Assembly: GCA_028534125.1 (NCBI GenBank)
Contig: CM052818.1
Span: forward strand, 10,480,001-10,544,000
From: Lama glama
Taxonomy: Eukaryota
DNA: 64,000 nucleotides
Reading direction: 5' to 3'
Shown here piece after piece: positions 23,097 through 37,152 of this stretch. The notes beneath the pieces are model-generated. The model saw only the letters and a program-made list of their open reading frames with translations. It ran no database searches and was not told the origin of the DNA. Every line of letters begins with the position of its first letter. Position 1 is the first letter of the stretch. Both the position numbers and the translations under genes were made by a program.

Positions 23097-26000
23097 CTGA
23101 CTTTTGGAATAGAAGGTCTTTGCTGAATTGCTTTTTGAGTAATGGAAGTTTTTGCTTCTGGGACAAGATGCTTTTGGAACCCCTGTTTTGATATTACCCT
23201 CTTTCCGCTCATTGTGAAAAGCACCTAGAACAAGCCTCTGGGATCCTTGACACCACCACCTACCTCAGGAGAAAGTGGGATGGGGCTCCTTCCCTTGAGC
23301 CACTGGAAACATGGACTTTCCTCTGAATTTCTCGGAGGACAGCTCATCCTTCCTCCATCTGCCAAATGAGGAGATTGGCCAGGAAGGACTCTCAGCCTCA
23401 CCACACAGGCAAGAGTCAGAGCACAAAGTCATCACTCTGATGGGGATGGGAGCATGGGAATGACATAAGTAAGTCACAAGCTGTGTCTTCCAACTGGATG
23501 GGCCTGAGTTTAGCACTCCTCTGCTCTCCCCATGGTCTGGCATAAACATAAGTCTACTGACCATTTTCCTGTATCCTTTTCCATCCCCTTATCCTGTGCT
23601 GCTCTGGTCAGCGGTTGATACCTCACTTCTTATCCTTTTCTCAGCTGCTGCACCTATGACAGATGATTTTACATCCTCAAAATACTCCCAAAACACACGT
23701 TCAAATTTTGAGCACCTCCCCAAGAACTTCATGGGGGAGGTACAGCCTAATAATAACAAATAACTGCCACTTATCTCCATGGTGTATCAGTAGCCAGCAA
23801 CACAGATCAGATGGTCTTCAGATCTGGCCATTTCCAGACACTAGCTGTATTTTCTTGCTTTCTTTATCACTCAAATTTAAATGCTTTGAGTGAGAAAAAT
23901 AACTAGAGTTTGTTTAAATATGTTAAAGAAATTTTTTATCTTAGAACTTTGTTACTAGTAGTAAATTACTGTGATCTCCCTCCCCACAGGTGGTTAAGAC
24001 ACACTGGCAAGGACGTAGACTCATGGTGAAGAGCCCGATGAAGGTCTCTCAAGGTCATGTTCAGTCTGTCAGTGAAAGGCATCTTCTCAGAATACCTAGA
24101 TATTCATAGTCTCCTGGGATAACTGGGGCACTAGTAGTTGCCAGTGACTATGGATCTTACTTGGAGTGGGCAGACATTCTTATTCAGCCTTCTTGAGCCA
24201 TGCTCTGGTGAAAGGGGTCACTTACTGAAATCGAACTCTGATCCTCCAGGGTTGGCAGTAGAAAGGCAATAATGATGTGGTGGTGGAGTGATCTTGAATT
24301 TAGTCCCCTCAGAGCCAAATTCCCATTGCAGATTTCACTCGTCCGTGCTGCTCCTGCATGGAGGATATCGGTAGATGAGATTAGCTTCATCAAACTCAGT
24401 CCAACTCTTTTTTATACTCCCTCCTTCAGCATGCACTTATATCACCTGGCAGAGCCCTCTTGCTTCAGACTTTTTGACGCCTTATCCCTTGTGAGCTACT
24501 GTAAGAACAAGAACACTCACTATCATGGGGCAGGGGGTGGGCACTGCACTTTCTCTACAGCCTCCATCCCAGCTGAAAGAAGAGCAAATGCTACCTCCTC
24601 TTGTACTTCTTATCCTCTCCCTTCCAAGGCCAGGACACGTCTCAGAGCCTGGCAGGACTGAGCCTGTGGCTGTGCTGAGGAAGAACAGCAGCCTTGGCTT
24701 TTGAGGGGGTGGAGTGTAGGACTCTCTGTGATTCCACCAGCTCAGTATCTTCTCTGGCTTTACAAGTACTTGTTCCTCCCTCCCACTTCCCTCACCCCTG
24801 AACTATAGCCAAGGAAGTCCCCAGGGGCCCAGACTCTTAGGATTTATGGAAACAATGACTCTGTGTCCTCTGAGTCTTTAGCAAGGCTTGGAGCTCTGAT
24901 GTCTGTCAGCTTTGGTAGTGGTTGGTGAGTGGCGGGAAGAAGTGCTGCCAGAACGTCTCTACCCCGTCATTCTTGCCCCACTGATCCCCAGAGCAGCAAA
25001 GAAAAATTCCAGCTTTGAAGATGGGTCCTGGTCAGTTATGAATCCTGCAAACAGGTGCTTCTGGCCATCAAAGTCTTGAAGCAGTTAAACTTACTTTCAC
25101 CTTTGTAGCAGTTCCCTTAAAAGAAAATAGAGAGATCTTCAAAAGGTGGAAGGGGTGGCAGGCCAGAAACGTAAAGTGTGTGCAATCACTCAGATACAAG
25201 TGGCACCACGAAAAATTGCCTTCATATATCAGCTTATGGTTTACACACTCTGGCAGAAAGGACACTAAAAGGTCAGTGGAAAAAAAATTTATATGTCAGG
25301 CCTGGAGCTGTGACTCCAAAGGTGGTGAGAAGACACGATCTGGGAAGGGTTCTAGAGGGACCGGCTAAGTGCTTGATGTGGCAGGATTCTTTTTTCCACT
25401 CTTTATTTTGTTTTATTTTTAAGGAAGTTGCTTGCAAACGTCAGCGGAGAAGCTAAGGTATAGACTTGGAGTAACCTCTCGCTGCGACCCCCGGTGACAA
25501 GACGGATAGTTCCATTCATCTATGGGTGAGCAGCAGAGGCTCCCTGCATTTTTTTCCTTTTTGCTTGGATTCAGGATATATTTGTTTGCAGAGAGGGATG
25601 TCACGCTTGTGAATGCACTGCTCAGTCATGTGCCGGGGGTGAAATGAGAGGAGGGGAGAAGAGAAGAGACAGGAGGGAGGGAAGGGGTGGGGGGTGGGTG
25701 TAGGGAAAGGGCAAGCTATACTCTGAGGGCTTTAAGTGATGCCAGCTTGGATCCAGAAACAAATCTTCAACCAAATGCTAATGGAGAATATGCCTTCCAA
25801 CCAGAAGGATCAGCAAATATGCTGTAAATTAATAATGCACCCTTTTAGTAGCAATTGCCTTGTGAAAAAGTCTAGGGGAGGATTATTTATCCACCCCACA
25901 TCCATCCCACCTCCCATAAGAGAAGGAACTAGAGCATCGTAGGTCTCTTGGAGTTTTGTTTAAGACTGACCCTCCCCCCTTACTTTATTAACTGTGTAAC

Positions 26001-27269
26001 ATTTTCAGGTTGTTTTTTCCTCTGTCTCCTCCAGCAAGTCTCTATTGATCACTGTTTACAGTTATAATCCCTTTCAAATTTATCATCCATGACTAACACC
26101 ACATGTATTGATTAGTGTTGACGGATGTCCCTCTACAGTACAGAACCACCGTGATCCCAGCCAGAGATAGAGGAGAGATGCAGAGAGACAGAAGTATACA
26201 TTTCCTCTTCTCCTAAATTTTCTTCTGGTAGTTTTCTGCTCCCCCTTTTGTTCATAGCTTAGATGGCTTCTTTCCTACCTATACGAGAAATTGCTTTGTA
26301 TATTTTAACGGTAATTTTCTTATTTCCACCAAAGCCTGTTGGGAGGGAAAGAAAGTAGCCGTGCTGCTCCTGGGTGGTTACTAGGGGGTGGGGGTCGCTG
26401 ACAGGTCCTGAAGGAGGTCAGATTTATGAGGGACAGCCACATACGTTAACCTAAAGCCTCAGGTACCAAAGATATAAAGGCTAGTTTTTTAGGGACCAAT
26501 TAGATGTCACTTGAGACTAAAGACAAAGTATCCAAAATCTGGACTATAAATGGAGTAATTTGTCTATAGCGCAATTTTTTGGCCTCTTTTTTGCTTCCTC
26601 TCTGTGACATCCTCTTTGCCTGTCACTGGCCAATGGTGAGTGATGGCCTGGTTGGGAAGCTGTGTACTCATTGTCTTGTCTGAGCACGTGTCCGTGTGTC
26701 CAGGGCTTCCTGCCTTGGAATGTTCTGCATGTGCATATGAGGTACCCACCCAACCTGTCCACCTGGCTGGTGGAGTTGTGGAGGGGTCTGGCCACTCATG
26801 CTTGAGCCAGCATGAAGGTCCTGAGCTCAGCTGCCTTCTCTGTGCAGTGGGAATAACAGTACTTTTCTTGCCCATCAAACAAGGAGACCAGGGCGGGCGG
26901 GTAGTCATAGCCATGAGAGTGCTTCAAAGAATCAGAGAGGGCCACACAAACCAGGAAGCCTTCTCCTCACTCTCTGTGGGTCTCAGTCTCTCTTTGTCAC
27001 ACTCCCAAGAAGATTTTATTACCCTGTAAGGTGTTTCTTCTACTCCAGGGAACTTTAGAAAAGGACCCAAGGACTAGGCTTGAGAAGAGAAGAAAAGAAG
27101 TATAGAATTCATATGGAATTTAGTGGTTTCATAGCTTAACCCTTTCATTTGACTTGTGAGGAAACTGATGAAGCCTAAACTTTTGGAATAATATATTCAA
27201 TGTCCCACAGTGTGTGAGTCATAAGCCTAGAAAGAGAAGTCAGTTTTTTGATTCTTAAGCAAGTATATT

Positions 27270-27380
27270 TCCTCCTCTTCCCTCCCCCTCACACCACCTC
27301 TCCAGCTCTCTCCTCCCCTCCCTGTCCCTCCTCTCCCTCCTTAACCCTCCCCTCTCACCTCCTTCTCCTCTCCAACCCCT
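27270..27380. repeat. CT-rich polypyrimidine low-complexity tract
   Basis: About 110 nt of almost only C/T (cctcctcttccctccccctc...). Confidence 0.85.
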
Positions 27381-28499
27381 CAGCAGCATTCCAGATCTGA
27401 GCTAGAGAGTCAGCCCCTTTTGTTCTCGAAGCTCACTTTCACTTTGGAAAACAGAATCATCATCTAAGAGACCCTAGAGTTTCCTCACTACAGAAAATTC
27501 ACATTAAAAAAGTTAATTTTCTTTCCAAAGGAAAAAAGGGAGGACCTATCAACTCCTAGGGGAGGGCACATCTACCTACGGAGTGTGCCGGTCTGTCATG
27601 CTATAGCGCTTTTGAACAGCTATCTAGTTGATTCATATGTAAATAGTATTTTGTCCTCCCTCATTGCCTCAGCCCCCAGTATTGACAATAATTTGATGGG
27701 ATGTTTTTTGCCTCTTAACTGATCTATTTTCCAAGTTTTCATGGCCTGTTTGTAATAGTGTTTTTGGTTCTTTGCACTACTTTAAATTAAGTTTCTCATG
27801 TGAGTCTTATTATACCTGAATACTGCTCAGCTACTTGATGGCATAGTTGTAAATTCTCAATAAAAAGATCTTTAATAATCAGCTGGCATTTATTTAATAT
27901 ACCACCCATCTTATTAAATCTAACTCCTTAGATTTAATAGGACAGTCTATTGTATCTTTGCATCGGAATAGTGATGCTACAGTTATGCTTGAGAAGGCAC
28001 TTTCATTATAAACTCCTGTTTTTAGGCACTTATAATTTTCTCAAGTAGCACATTTATTTCAATGTGCAATCGTTTTCTGTTCTCTTCTCCCTCCCTCTCT
28101 CCATTTGTACCACTTTTCTCATTTTTTAAAAGTCTAATAAGGAAATATATCTCAAACTTTAGAGAGAAGAGCTGTGTCATTGGCTGAGAATAGCTGAGCA
28201 AATCTGTCAGGCTCTTGAAATCCAGATTCTTGTTTGGTGTCTTTAGTCAACTTGATGCAGATGTTGGTGAAGGAGGCTGCTGGGGCCCCAGAATTGTGCT
28301 CCGTAATGTGGGAGATATTCTCCCAAATGCCTTCAAGTATATATATTTTTTTTCTTTTCAGAGTTTAAATGTTCTTCAGCTTTTGCTAGTGGTAGGAAAC
28401 TGAGGAACTGGGCAGACAGGAACCAGACCAGGATGGACTAGGATGGAGACAGACCTTCCAACTCCTCACCTGGTGCTTTCCCTCTCCAGCCCACTCCTG

Positions 28500-29050
28500 G
28501 GGTGGAGAGTGTGGGCTGTGCTCCACTGTCTGGTGCTTTGCTCCCTCTTTGCCTGGTTAACAACATCATCCTTAAGATCTCAGCACAAGCCTCACTTCCC
28601 CAAGGATGCCTGTTGTAACCATGTAGACTGAGTCTGGTTCCCTTGTTTTATATCTTGTAGAATTAGAATGAGGCTCCCTTACTTTAGAACACATGTCTCA
28701 CTTCCACTTATTATGGTCAATGGTGCACTGGAGTGGGCTCATGCGGTCCTATGAGAGCTCACTGTGTACCTCTCTCTGCAGCTCCACATTCCATCACATT
28801 ACTGTGATAGCCTGAAACCAGTCACGGTGGAAGTTTGAATGGGCAGATGCTATAGTCAGAGCTCACTCTCCCCACCAACTCGCCACCAGAGAGCTAGTTT
28901 TGAAATATTCACTAGCATACCACTTACAGGAAGATTTGTAAAAACCTGTCCTCTCCACTAAAGTATGAACTCCATGAGAACAGGGACTTTGTCTGTTTTG
29001 GTCTATGTCATATTCCTGTCAGTGTCTGGCACGTCCTAAGTACTGAGTTC
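28500..29050 (+). mobile_element. LINE-2 3' fragment interrupted by MER63A
   Basis: tcatccttaagatctcagc...ctcacttccccaagg; resumes tgtcctctccactaaagtatgaactccatgagaacagggactttgtctgttt...gtgtctggcac. Confidence 0.7.
28718..28925 (+). mobile_element. hAT-Blackjack MITE, MER63A-like
   Basis: Degenerate TIRs caatggtgcactggag ... tcactagcataccactt; internal tagcctgaaaccagtcacggtggaagt matches recalled MER63A. Confidence 0.8.
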
Positions 29051-29829
29051 ATAAAGAGGTTTGGGAATAGACAGAATCTTACTTAACCATTCAAAGGATC
29101 TTAATCTCACACGATCAGGGTTCTCCATGATTTGCCTCTAAGAGTAATTCATCCTGCATCAGAATCTAGCTTCCTAAGGAAAGGAAGATTCTTAGCTGTT
29201 CAGTTGGTCCCATTGGTGAAATGATTCATCAAGAAGCACTTGAAACTGTTTAGCTGAGTATAGCAAGGATGATTCTGCTTAGGCATAGGAAAAGGCTGGA
29301 TGATGTTCCCTGTCTCTTTTGAATTTATTTTATTAAAAAACTTCTTGTGTTCTGTTGGATAACTACTTCCATGGGTTTCATGTTTCTGATTATGAGAGGA
29401 TGGGACATTTTCCTTCTACCTCCTTGCCATGCTCCTGCTTAGGCAGTCACTGTCTTTTCAGGAGCTTCTGTTTTTTGGTGAAATGGCATCTGAACATGAG
29501 GCCAGAGAGATTAGAGTTCATATTTTGGCTCTGCCATAGTTTGTGGCTTTGGAATATAATTTCATTCCTAGAATTTCAGTATCATCATGGCTAAAGTATA
29601 ATACATTATAAAATCATTACATTACATGAAATTAAATATATGAAGTTGCTGACAAATATAAAGATTATTATTAGTGTGTAAACTTTTTCATCATTTCCCT
29701 TACATCTGGATTTTGACTTTGTTGTTGTAGTTGAAGGATGGATGACAGAGAGCTTAGAAATACAGAGGGATGGTACAAATTGCTTGGTTGGGATAAGGGA
29801 AACTTATTAATATTATTGATTAATTTAAA

Positions 29830-31966
29830 ACATTTCTTGTCAAGAGTCTTGCTTTCTGTAATGGAGGGCTTAGTAATTTGGCCATACATCCCAATGAGAA
29901 CAACTAGAAAATTTGGAAAGGCATGGTGGAACTAGTAAGACAGTGCAAACTAGTAGAGCCAAGATCTGGGAGAGTAATGAAACCTGGATAGTTAAGCCCA
30001 GAATTTGGAGCAATATTCCTTAGTGGCAACTGCAGGAATCCTGGAGGAGGTTATCTGGAAGATGAAAGTAGGAGTTCAGGGACTGCAAAGGAAAGAGAAC
30101 CCTGGAGAAACTTGATAATTTCAGTGGGAGTATACTGATTTTATACTTATTTACAGAGACTGAAGCCCAGCTTCAAATAGTCTTAACCTCCTATTGGAAT
30201 AAGGTGACCTGGGATGCTGGTGCTCCTAGCCATCTTTCCAAAGCATATGTAAATCCTCTCTGGAGGACAACTTTATATTCCTAATTCTGAAATTACTACA
30301 ATGATTTTCTATACACAGTGTTCTGCACTCAAGCAAAAATAACCAAGTACATAAAAATGTAAGATAACGTGATAAAAATTTAAGAGAAACAGTATATAAT
30401 ATAAACAGACCATGGAGAATCCAGATAATGGAGTTATCAGACAATATATCAACCACGATATATTGATATGTTCAATGAAATGAAAGGAAAGATTGAGAAT
30501 TTGGGGTATAAATCACTCCAATAAATACATAAATATTCTAGAACTTAGAATGTAATGGAAAGTAAGAACTCAGTGGATGGAGTAACAGTGAATAGACACA
30601 GCTGAAAAGAATAAATAAATTGTAACAGAGCAAAAGAAAGTATTAAAAATGAAACTTTGAGTATAAAAGAAGGAAATAGGGAAAAGAAAAAAAAAGAAAT
30701 AGAAAAGTCGTAAAGTGTGTAATTGGAAGCCCAGCAGGATAGGAGAGAAAGCATTGGGTAAAAGCAGTGTTCTAAGAAACAATGACTGAGAATTTCTCAA
30801 AACTTATGAAAGATATCAAGCCATATGTTAAAGAAGCACTCTGAACCTGAAGTAGAATAAACATAGTAAAATTATATGCAGTACTAAACTGCTGAAAACA
30901 AAGACAGTGAGAAAATCTTAGGAGTAGCCAAAGATAAAGGAGAGTCAAGGGCAACAATTGTCTTTTCAGCAGAGTGACAGTAGAAGCCAGCAGTTGATGA
31001 ATGGCATATAAAAAGCACTGAAAAAAAGGTGGCAACTTATAATTTTATATCCAGTGAGAACATGCTAAAAAATGAAGGCAAAATTGGAGTATTTTCAGAT
31101 AAACAAAAATTGAGAGGATGTGTCACCAGCAGATCTATACTAAAGGGAAGTATAAAAGGTATTCTTCAATAATTTCAAATTGAAGGTTGCGAATGTAGGA
31201 GAAACAAAAGGGCTAAATATGTGAATACATCTAAATAAATATTAGCTATAAAATAATAATGTCATGTGGGAAGAATAAATGTTCAGAATTAAGATACACT
31301 ATAATGATAGCATATAAGTTGGGGGTAGGAGATGAATGGATCTAAAGTGTTTTGGGCCACTTGAATTAGTCAGGAAAAAGTGAAAGCCTGAATTTAAGTT
31401 AGACTTCAGTAAGTCAAGAGTATATATTTTTATCTCTAGGTAGCTACTAAATAAAATACATACACTTATACTAAAAATGCATTAACAGTATGATAGAAGA
31501 AGTATGAAATAAATAAATATACTCAACCAATCCAAAAAAAAGTGAGAAATTATAGAGAAAAAACATATAAAAACAGAACAATTGTTGGAAGTGGTAAGTA
31601 GGAGGGTAACAAGTCTAAAATCAAATGTATGAGTAATTATACTAAATGTATACAGATTGAACACACCAATTGAAAAAGAGTAAGTTGTCAGACAAAATAA
31701 AAAAAAAACCCAATTATGTGCTGCTTGTGGAGACACAACATAGATATATGGATACAGAGAGGGTGAAAATAAAACAATATGAAGATACCTACCTGTCAAA
31801 AGAAAGCTGATATAGCTGTATTAATATTAAAGGAGACTTTAAGACAGAAAGTGTTACTAGAGATAAAAATGGACATACTCATAATGACACAAGGGCTAAT
31901 TCACTGGAAGATGTAACAGGTGCCAATGTATATATATATATGTGTGTGTGTGTGTGTATGTGTGTG

Positions 31967-31997
<31 letters not shown>

Positions 31998-32680
31998 ATA
32001 GTCACTTAGTAGACAGCCCCAAAATGTAGAAAACAATTCAAAGAAGATCCAAAGGAGAAATTCATAATCACAGTAGGAAAATTTAACATACTGAGAGGGG
32101 TCTCAGTAACTGGATGATAAGAAAAATATTACATATCAAACTTTTGTGAAGCAGCTAAAGGTCTAATTTGAGAAAAATATACAACAACAAATCCTTATAA
32201 GAAAAGAAAAAGCTGAAAATCAGCAGTCTGAATATTCATATCAAAATTAGAAAAAAAATAGCAAATTAAACCCAAAAAAGGCGAAAGAAAACAATAAAGA
32301 CCAAAGAAATAGTCAAATGAGATGCAAATATATAATATAGAAATTCAAAAAGCCAAAATTTAATTGTCTGAAAGATTGATAACTGATAAATCACAAGTCA
32401 GACTGATAAAGGGAAAAAAAAAAAAGAGAAGGCACAGATGACCAGTATCAGGAATGAACAGAAATTTAATACAGATACCATAGATATTAAAATAATTATC
32501 AGGAAGAAATTAGGGGAAATTTTAGGCCAAAATTCTTGAAATTTAAATGAATTGGATAAATTCTGAGGAAAATATAATATATTAGAATTATAAGAAATAT
32601 ATCAATTAAGGGAGTTCAATTTATACTTAAAATTTTTCCACAAAGAAGTTTTTATACCCACATGGCCTTATAAATTACTT
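29830..32680 (+). mobile_element. Old LINE-1 (L1M-type): 5' region, ORF1 and internally deleted ORF2 5' part; no 3' end
   Basis: ORF1-like gaactcagtggatggag, aatgactgagaatttctcaaaacttatgaaaga, ttttcagataaacaaaaattgagagga; ORF2-like agctgtattaatatt, accagtatcaggaatgaa; many stop codons. Confidence 0.88.
31928..32000. repeat. Compound (TA)n/(TG)n microsatellite within L1
   Basis: gtatatatatatatgtgtgtgtg...tatatatatgtgtgtgtg...tata read directly. Confidence 0.95.
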
Positions 32681-33691
32681 GAATTCTTTTAAAGTTTTGA
32701 AGTTTGTTTGATAGCCCAGAATATGGTCTATCTTCATAAATTTTTCCTGGGCTTTTTTTTAATGGTAAAAGATACATAACAAAAATTTCCATCTAAACCA
32801 CTTCTAAGTGTACAGTCTAGTACTGTTAAATATATTCACATTGTTGTGCACAGATCTCCAGAACTTTTTTGACTTGCAAATCTGAAACTGTATACCCATT
32901 AAACAATTCCTTATTTCCTCTTCCTGGCCCTGTAAACTACCATTCTGTTTTCTGTTTGACTACTTGAGATACCTTATATAAGTGAAACCACACAGTATTT
33001 GTCATTTTGTGACTCGTTTATTTCACTTAACATGATGTCGTCAAGGTTTATCCATATTGTAGCATGTGTCAGAATTTCCTTCCTTTTTAAAGGTGAATAA
33101 TATTCCATTCTATGTACTGCATTTTATTTATCATTCTTCTGTCAGTGGGCACTTGAGTTACTTATGCCTCTTGGCTGTTGTGAATAGTGCTGCTTTGACC
33201 ATGAATATACAAATATCTCTTTGACCTTACTGTTCAATTCTGTTACTAGGTGGACTGTTATATATATACGAATTAGGTCAAATTGGTTGATTATGTTGTT
33301 CTGTTCTTCTTTATTCTTACTAATTTTCTCTCTGCCTTTTCTATCAGTTATTGATAAAAGAGGGTTAAATTTTTGACAATAATTGTTATTTTATCTATTT
33401 CTCCTTTCACCTATTAATTTTGCTTTAAGTATTTTTAAGTTCTGCTTTTAAGTTCATGGATGTTGAAGATAATTATGTTCCTTATTTACCCCATTTATCA
33501 TTATGAAATGACCCTCTTAATCTGTGATAACATTCTTTTCTCTGAAATCCACATTGTTTGATATTAATGTAGCTACTCCCTACTTTCTTTTAACCAGTAT
33601 TAGCACAGCTTATCTTTTCCCACTTTTTATTTTTAATCTATTTGTGTCTTTATATTTAAAGTGAGTTTCTTGTAGTCAGGTCATAGTTGAG
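32681..33691 (-). mobile_element. LINE-1 ORF2 endonuclease-region fragment, interrupted by another L1 3' end
   Basis: Antisense agcccagaatatggtctatctt (32.7 kb) continues as aattaggtcaaattggttgat...tttatcattatgaaatgaccctct...atttaaagtgagtttcttgtag. Confidence 0.88.
32753..33241 (-). mobile_element. LINE-1 3' end (L1MB-like) nested in the older L1 fragment
   Basis: Poly-T, then aagtgtacagtctag...atattcacattgttgtgc...atttcacttaacatgatgtcgtcaaggtttatccatattgtagcatgtgtcagaatttccttcctttt. Confidence 0.9.
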
Positions 33692-34079
33692 AATGAATGC
33701 TGAGCAAGGGGTGAGGATATGGAACAAAAAATAAAGTGAAGAAGGGTTTTCCATTAATTTAGAAGTATCTAAACCACCCTTTTGGAGTGAAACTGTTCCA
33801 TAACATCAGGTTTAGGGAAAGAGAAAGTGGCCAGATGAAGGGACTCTAAATGGTGAGGAATAGAGACTGGATTCAGGAGAAAAGGAAAAAATATATATAT
33901 AATCCACAAATATAAATCTAATCCTGTTTCCAGATTGAAACTGGAATCGAGCCATTTGTACCTCAGCTGTTTCAGCATGAAGGATGCTAATCTTTGCTTC
34001 TCTACCATTTCGGAATCTACCCTGTCTTGAGTGCATTAAAGCTCCCCTCCAGAGCTTATGTGTCAGCTGGAAAGTAGTA

Positions 34080-37000
34080 GACATTTTTGGCAGAACAGCA
34101 GACTAAACAGCCTGACCAACATCTCTTGATTGGAATAAAAAATGTGACATGAAATGGAAACAATACTTACTTGTAATGTTTTTCAGAGATGAAAGGAAGG
34201 AATATGCAGAGACCGAGTAGAAGGGAGAATAAGAAATATGACAAGTAAATTAGTACCAATACTGACTTATGCCCTAAGAGTTGATGCTGAAACCTGATGA
34301 CACTGAATTCTGACTCAGTGGTGAAAAGGAGGCATGAAAAGATGGATACAAAACCTCCCCAGTGTAGGAAATCTGTCAATGTTCCCCATATACATGTAGA
34401 ACCCCAAAGGGTTGCATTATAAATATAAAGGTGAATAAGAAAAAAAACAATGCAAAAGAATATAGCAAGGATAGAAATTTACCTTTGTTGCTGAGCAAAG
34501 GGGGAAAAGTATTCCCTGAGAATTATAATCAATACCTTGCTCTCATGTGAGTTTGAGGTCAGAATTCACGTTAACTGTATAATCTAAGAAAAATAATTGA
34601 AAATGGTTCTGGGCTTATTAGAAGCTGGGTTGCTTTCCTTTTTCCTTGGAATTTGTAAAACAACTACAACTCATGCCTAAAAACTCCAAAAGATGAAATT
34701 GCAAAGCAAATTAACAGCTTAGTCAAAAACTAGAAAACACACAGGGAAATAAGATACCATGGATAAAGTCTGGTGGAAATAACTGAAAACAGAATCAGAC
34801 TTTTAAAAATAATTTAGTTATTATAATTATTTGATACATAATTTAAATGAAAATGTTCAATATGTTTAAAGAAATGAAATCCTGAAAATATGAGAAATAA
34901 GAAACTATAAAGAATGACCAGAATGATTTAAATAAAATAATCAAATTGAATTTCTAGAGAAAAGTAATTTGATAATTGAAATTAAAAACTCAGTGGAGAT
35001 ATTAAAGAGCAAGGTAGAGCTAAAGAGAGATTTAGTGAACCAGAAGGGGTATTGGTGACAATGATAATAATAGACTTGAACTGAAGGCCTGACAAAGACA
35101 TGGGATTAAGAGATGTGGAGGACAGAGTTAGAAAGTCTCACATGTGTCTGATTAGAGACCCAGATAGTTATTACAGGAAGCATGGAAAAGAATCAATATA
35201 TGAAGTGGATAATTATTAAGAGCTTTTCTGAATTATGTAGCTCAAATCCTCAGAACCAAGCAGCCCAACAAATGTCAAACAGGATAAAAATAAACCCATA
35301 CCTAGACAGAAAAATTGCAGAACCTCAAAGACAAAGACAAGATCTTAAAAACAGCCAGAGAGAAATGGCATTACCTACAAAAGATGGTATTCAGATTTTT
35401 CAACAGCAACAACAGAATATAGTGGAGTAACATATAGTCTATGTACTGAAAGAAAATAACTCCAATTTTGAGCTGTATGTTGAGAAGACCTTGAGAAATA
35501 AAGCCTAAATAAGGACATTTTCAGACAAATATAACTAAACAACAAACACCCTCAGGCTATCCTAAAGGATCAACTTCAAGTAAAAGGAAAATGATCACAG
35601 ATGGAAGTCCCTGAGTGAAGGAAGGAAGAAATTATAAGCAAAGGGAGTGGTGTTTGGGTGGGTACCACTAAGCAAACACTGGCTGTATAGAAATAAGAAG
35701 TGGGATGGGGAATCAAAGTAAAATGTTCTAGGTTCTTGTAATTTTGGGGGAGAGGGCAACAATATTAGTTAAGTTTGGATTTACATAATCTTAGTGTGTA
35801 AATTATTTAATAACATAATTTACATCTGCATGTTAAAACTGCTAGGGCAACCACAGAGGAAATGTAGAGCATATAGCATAACTTCCAAACAAATGGGAGA
35901 AACAGAATGAGAAAAAGAGATTAATGTAAAAACATGGAATAGAAGACATTTTACAAAGAGAAACAGAAAATAGCAGAGAAATAGAAAATACACCATAAGA
36001 TGGTAGAAATAAATCTAATTATAACAGTAATCATTATGAATATAAGTAAGACAAACTCTCCAATCACAAAACAAAGGTTTCAGAATGGATTACAAAATTA
36101 AGTTAAATGCTGTTTATAAAATATATACTTAAGATACACTTTAAAACATAAGGACACAGAAAAATTCAAAGACAAAGGATAGAAAAAGATTCCCCATGCA
36201 TATTCTAATGAAAGTAAATCTGAGATTGTTATGTTAACTTCAGATAGAAACCTTACTGAAGATAAAGTTATCATGTAATGATGAATATTCAGATTGCTAG
36301 GAAGATATTACAATTCAAAAATGTACCATAGCTTTATAATTTATGCATTAAAAACAGGCTATTAGGTGAAGTAGACAAATCTATCATAGCATTTGGGATC
36401 TTACTATACTTCTCTTAGTAACTGCTAAAATGAGGAGCGGTAGTATTATTAAGGCTATGGAAGACCTAAACAACACAATTAATGAATTTGATTTAATGGA
36501 CACGTGTAGACCACTGCAGCCAACAACTGCAGTGCACACACTCTTTCAAGGACACATGACACGTGTGATCATCCTCCACTTACTAAGCCACACAGCAGGT
36601 CTCAGCCAATCTCCAGGGGTCATTAGTACAGAGACCACATCCTCTGACCACAAGGCAATTACATTATAAAACAATAACATTAACTAGATAAAGGCCATAT
36701 GTTTGGAAATTAAGAAATATGCATCCAAGTAAGTCATATGTCAAGGGGGAATTGCATGATGGAAGAACTGCATGACAGTAATAGTTTATGTATCAAAACT
36801 ATAGGGTGTAGCTAATGAAGTACTTAGAAATCTATAAACTTAAATATTTATATCATAAAATAAGAAAAACTCAAAACAAATGAACTAAGCATCCAGTTCT
36901 ACAGGTCAGAAAAGCAGAACAGCACAACCTCCTCTCCCCCAAAAACAGAAGGAAAGAAGTAATAAAGATTGAAATGAATAGAATGGAAGACAAACACACA

Positions 37001-37152
37001 ATAGAGAAGATAAACAAAGTCAACAGCTGGTTTTTTTGAAAGCATTAGCAATATAGTATCTCTGGAAGGATTAATCCATAATCAAAAAGAAGGCAAACAC
37101 AATTAGGAACAAAAGAGGGGACAACTACAAATGCTTTAGAGATAAAAAGATG
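34080..37152 (+). mobile_element. Very old LINE-1 (L1ME-like): 5' region, ORF1 and 5' part of ORF2, decayed
   Basis: tgaaattaaaaactcagtggag, aaagacaagatcttaaaaacagccagagag, ggaagacctaaacaacacaattaatgaatttga, tctctgaccacaaggcaatt; ORFs 35182 and 36430 are degenerate L1 ORF1/ORF2 pieces. Confidence 0.85.

Noticed and set aside
21932..23224. Dense overlapping ORFs on both strands
   Set aside because: Mostly within a pyrimidine-rich L2 remnant; no recognisable domain and non-ATG starts.
23970..24060. Good + strand splice acceptor (ctccctccccacag, ending 23989); a similar one at ~45559
   Set aside because: No convincing partner donor or coding frame; isolated acceptors are common.
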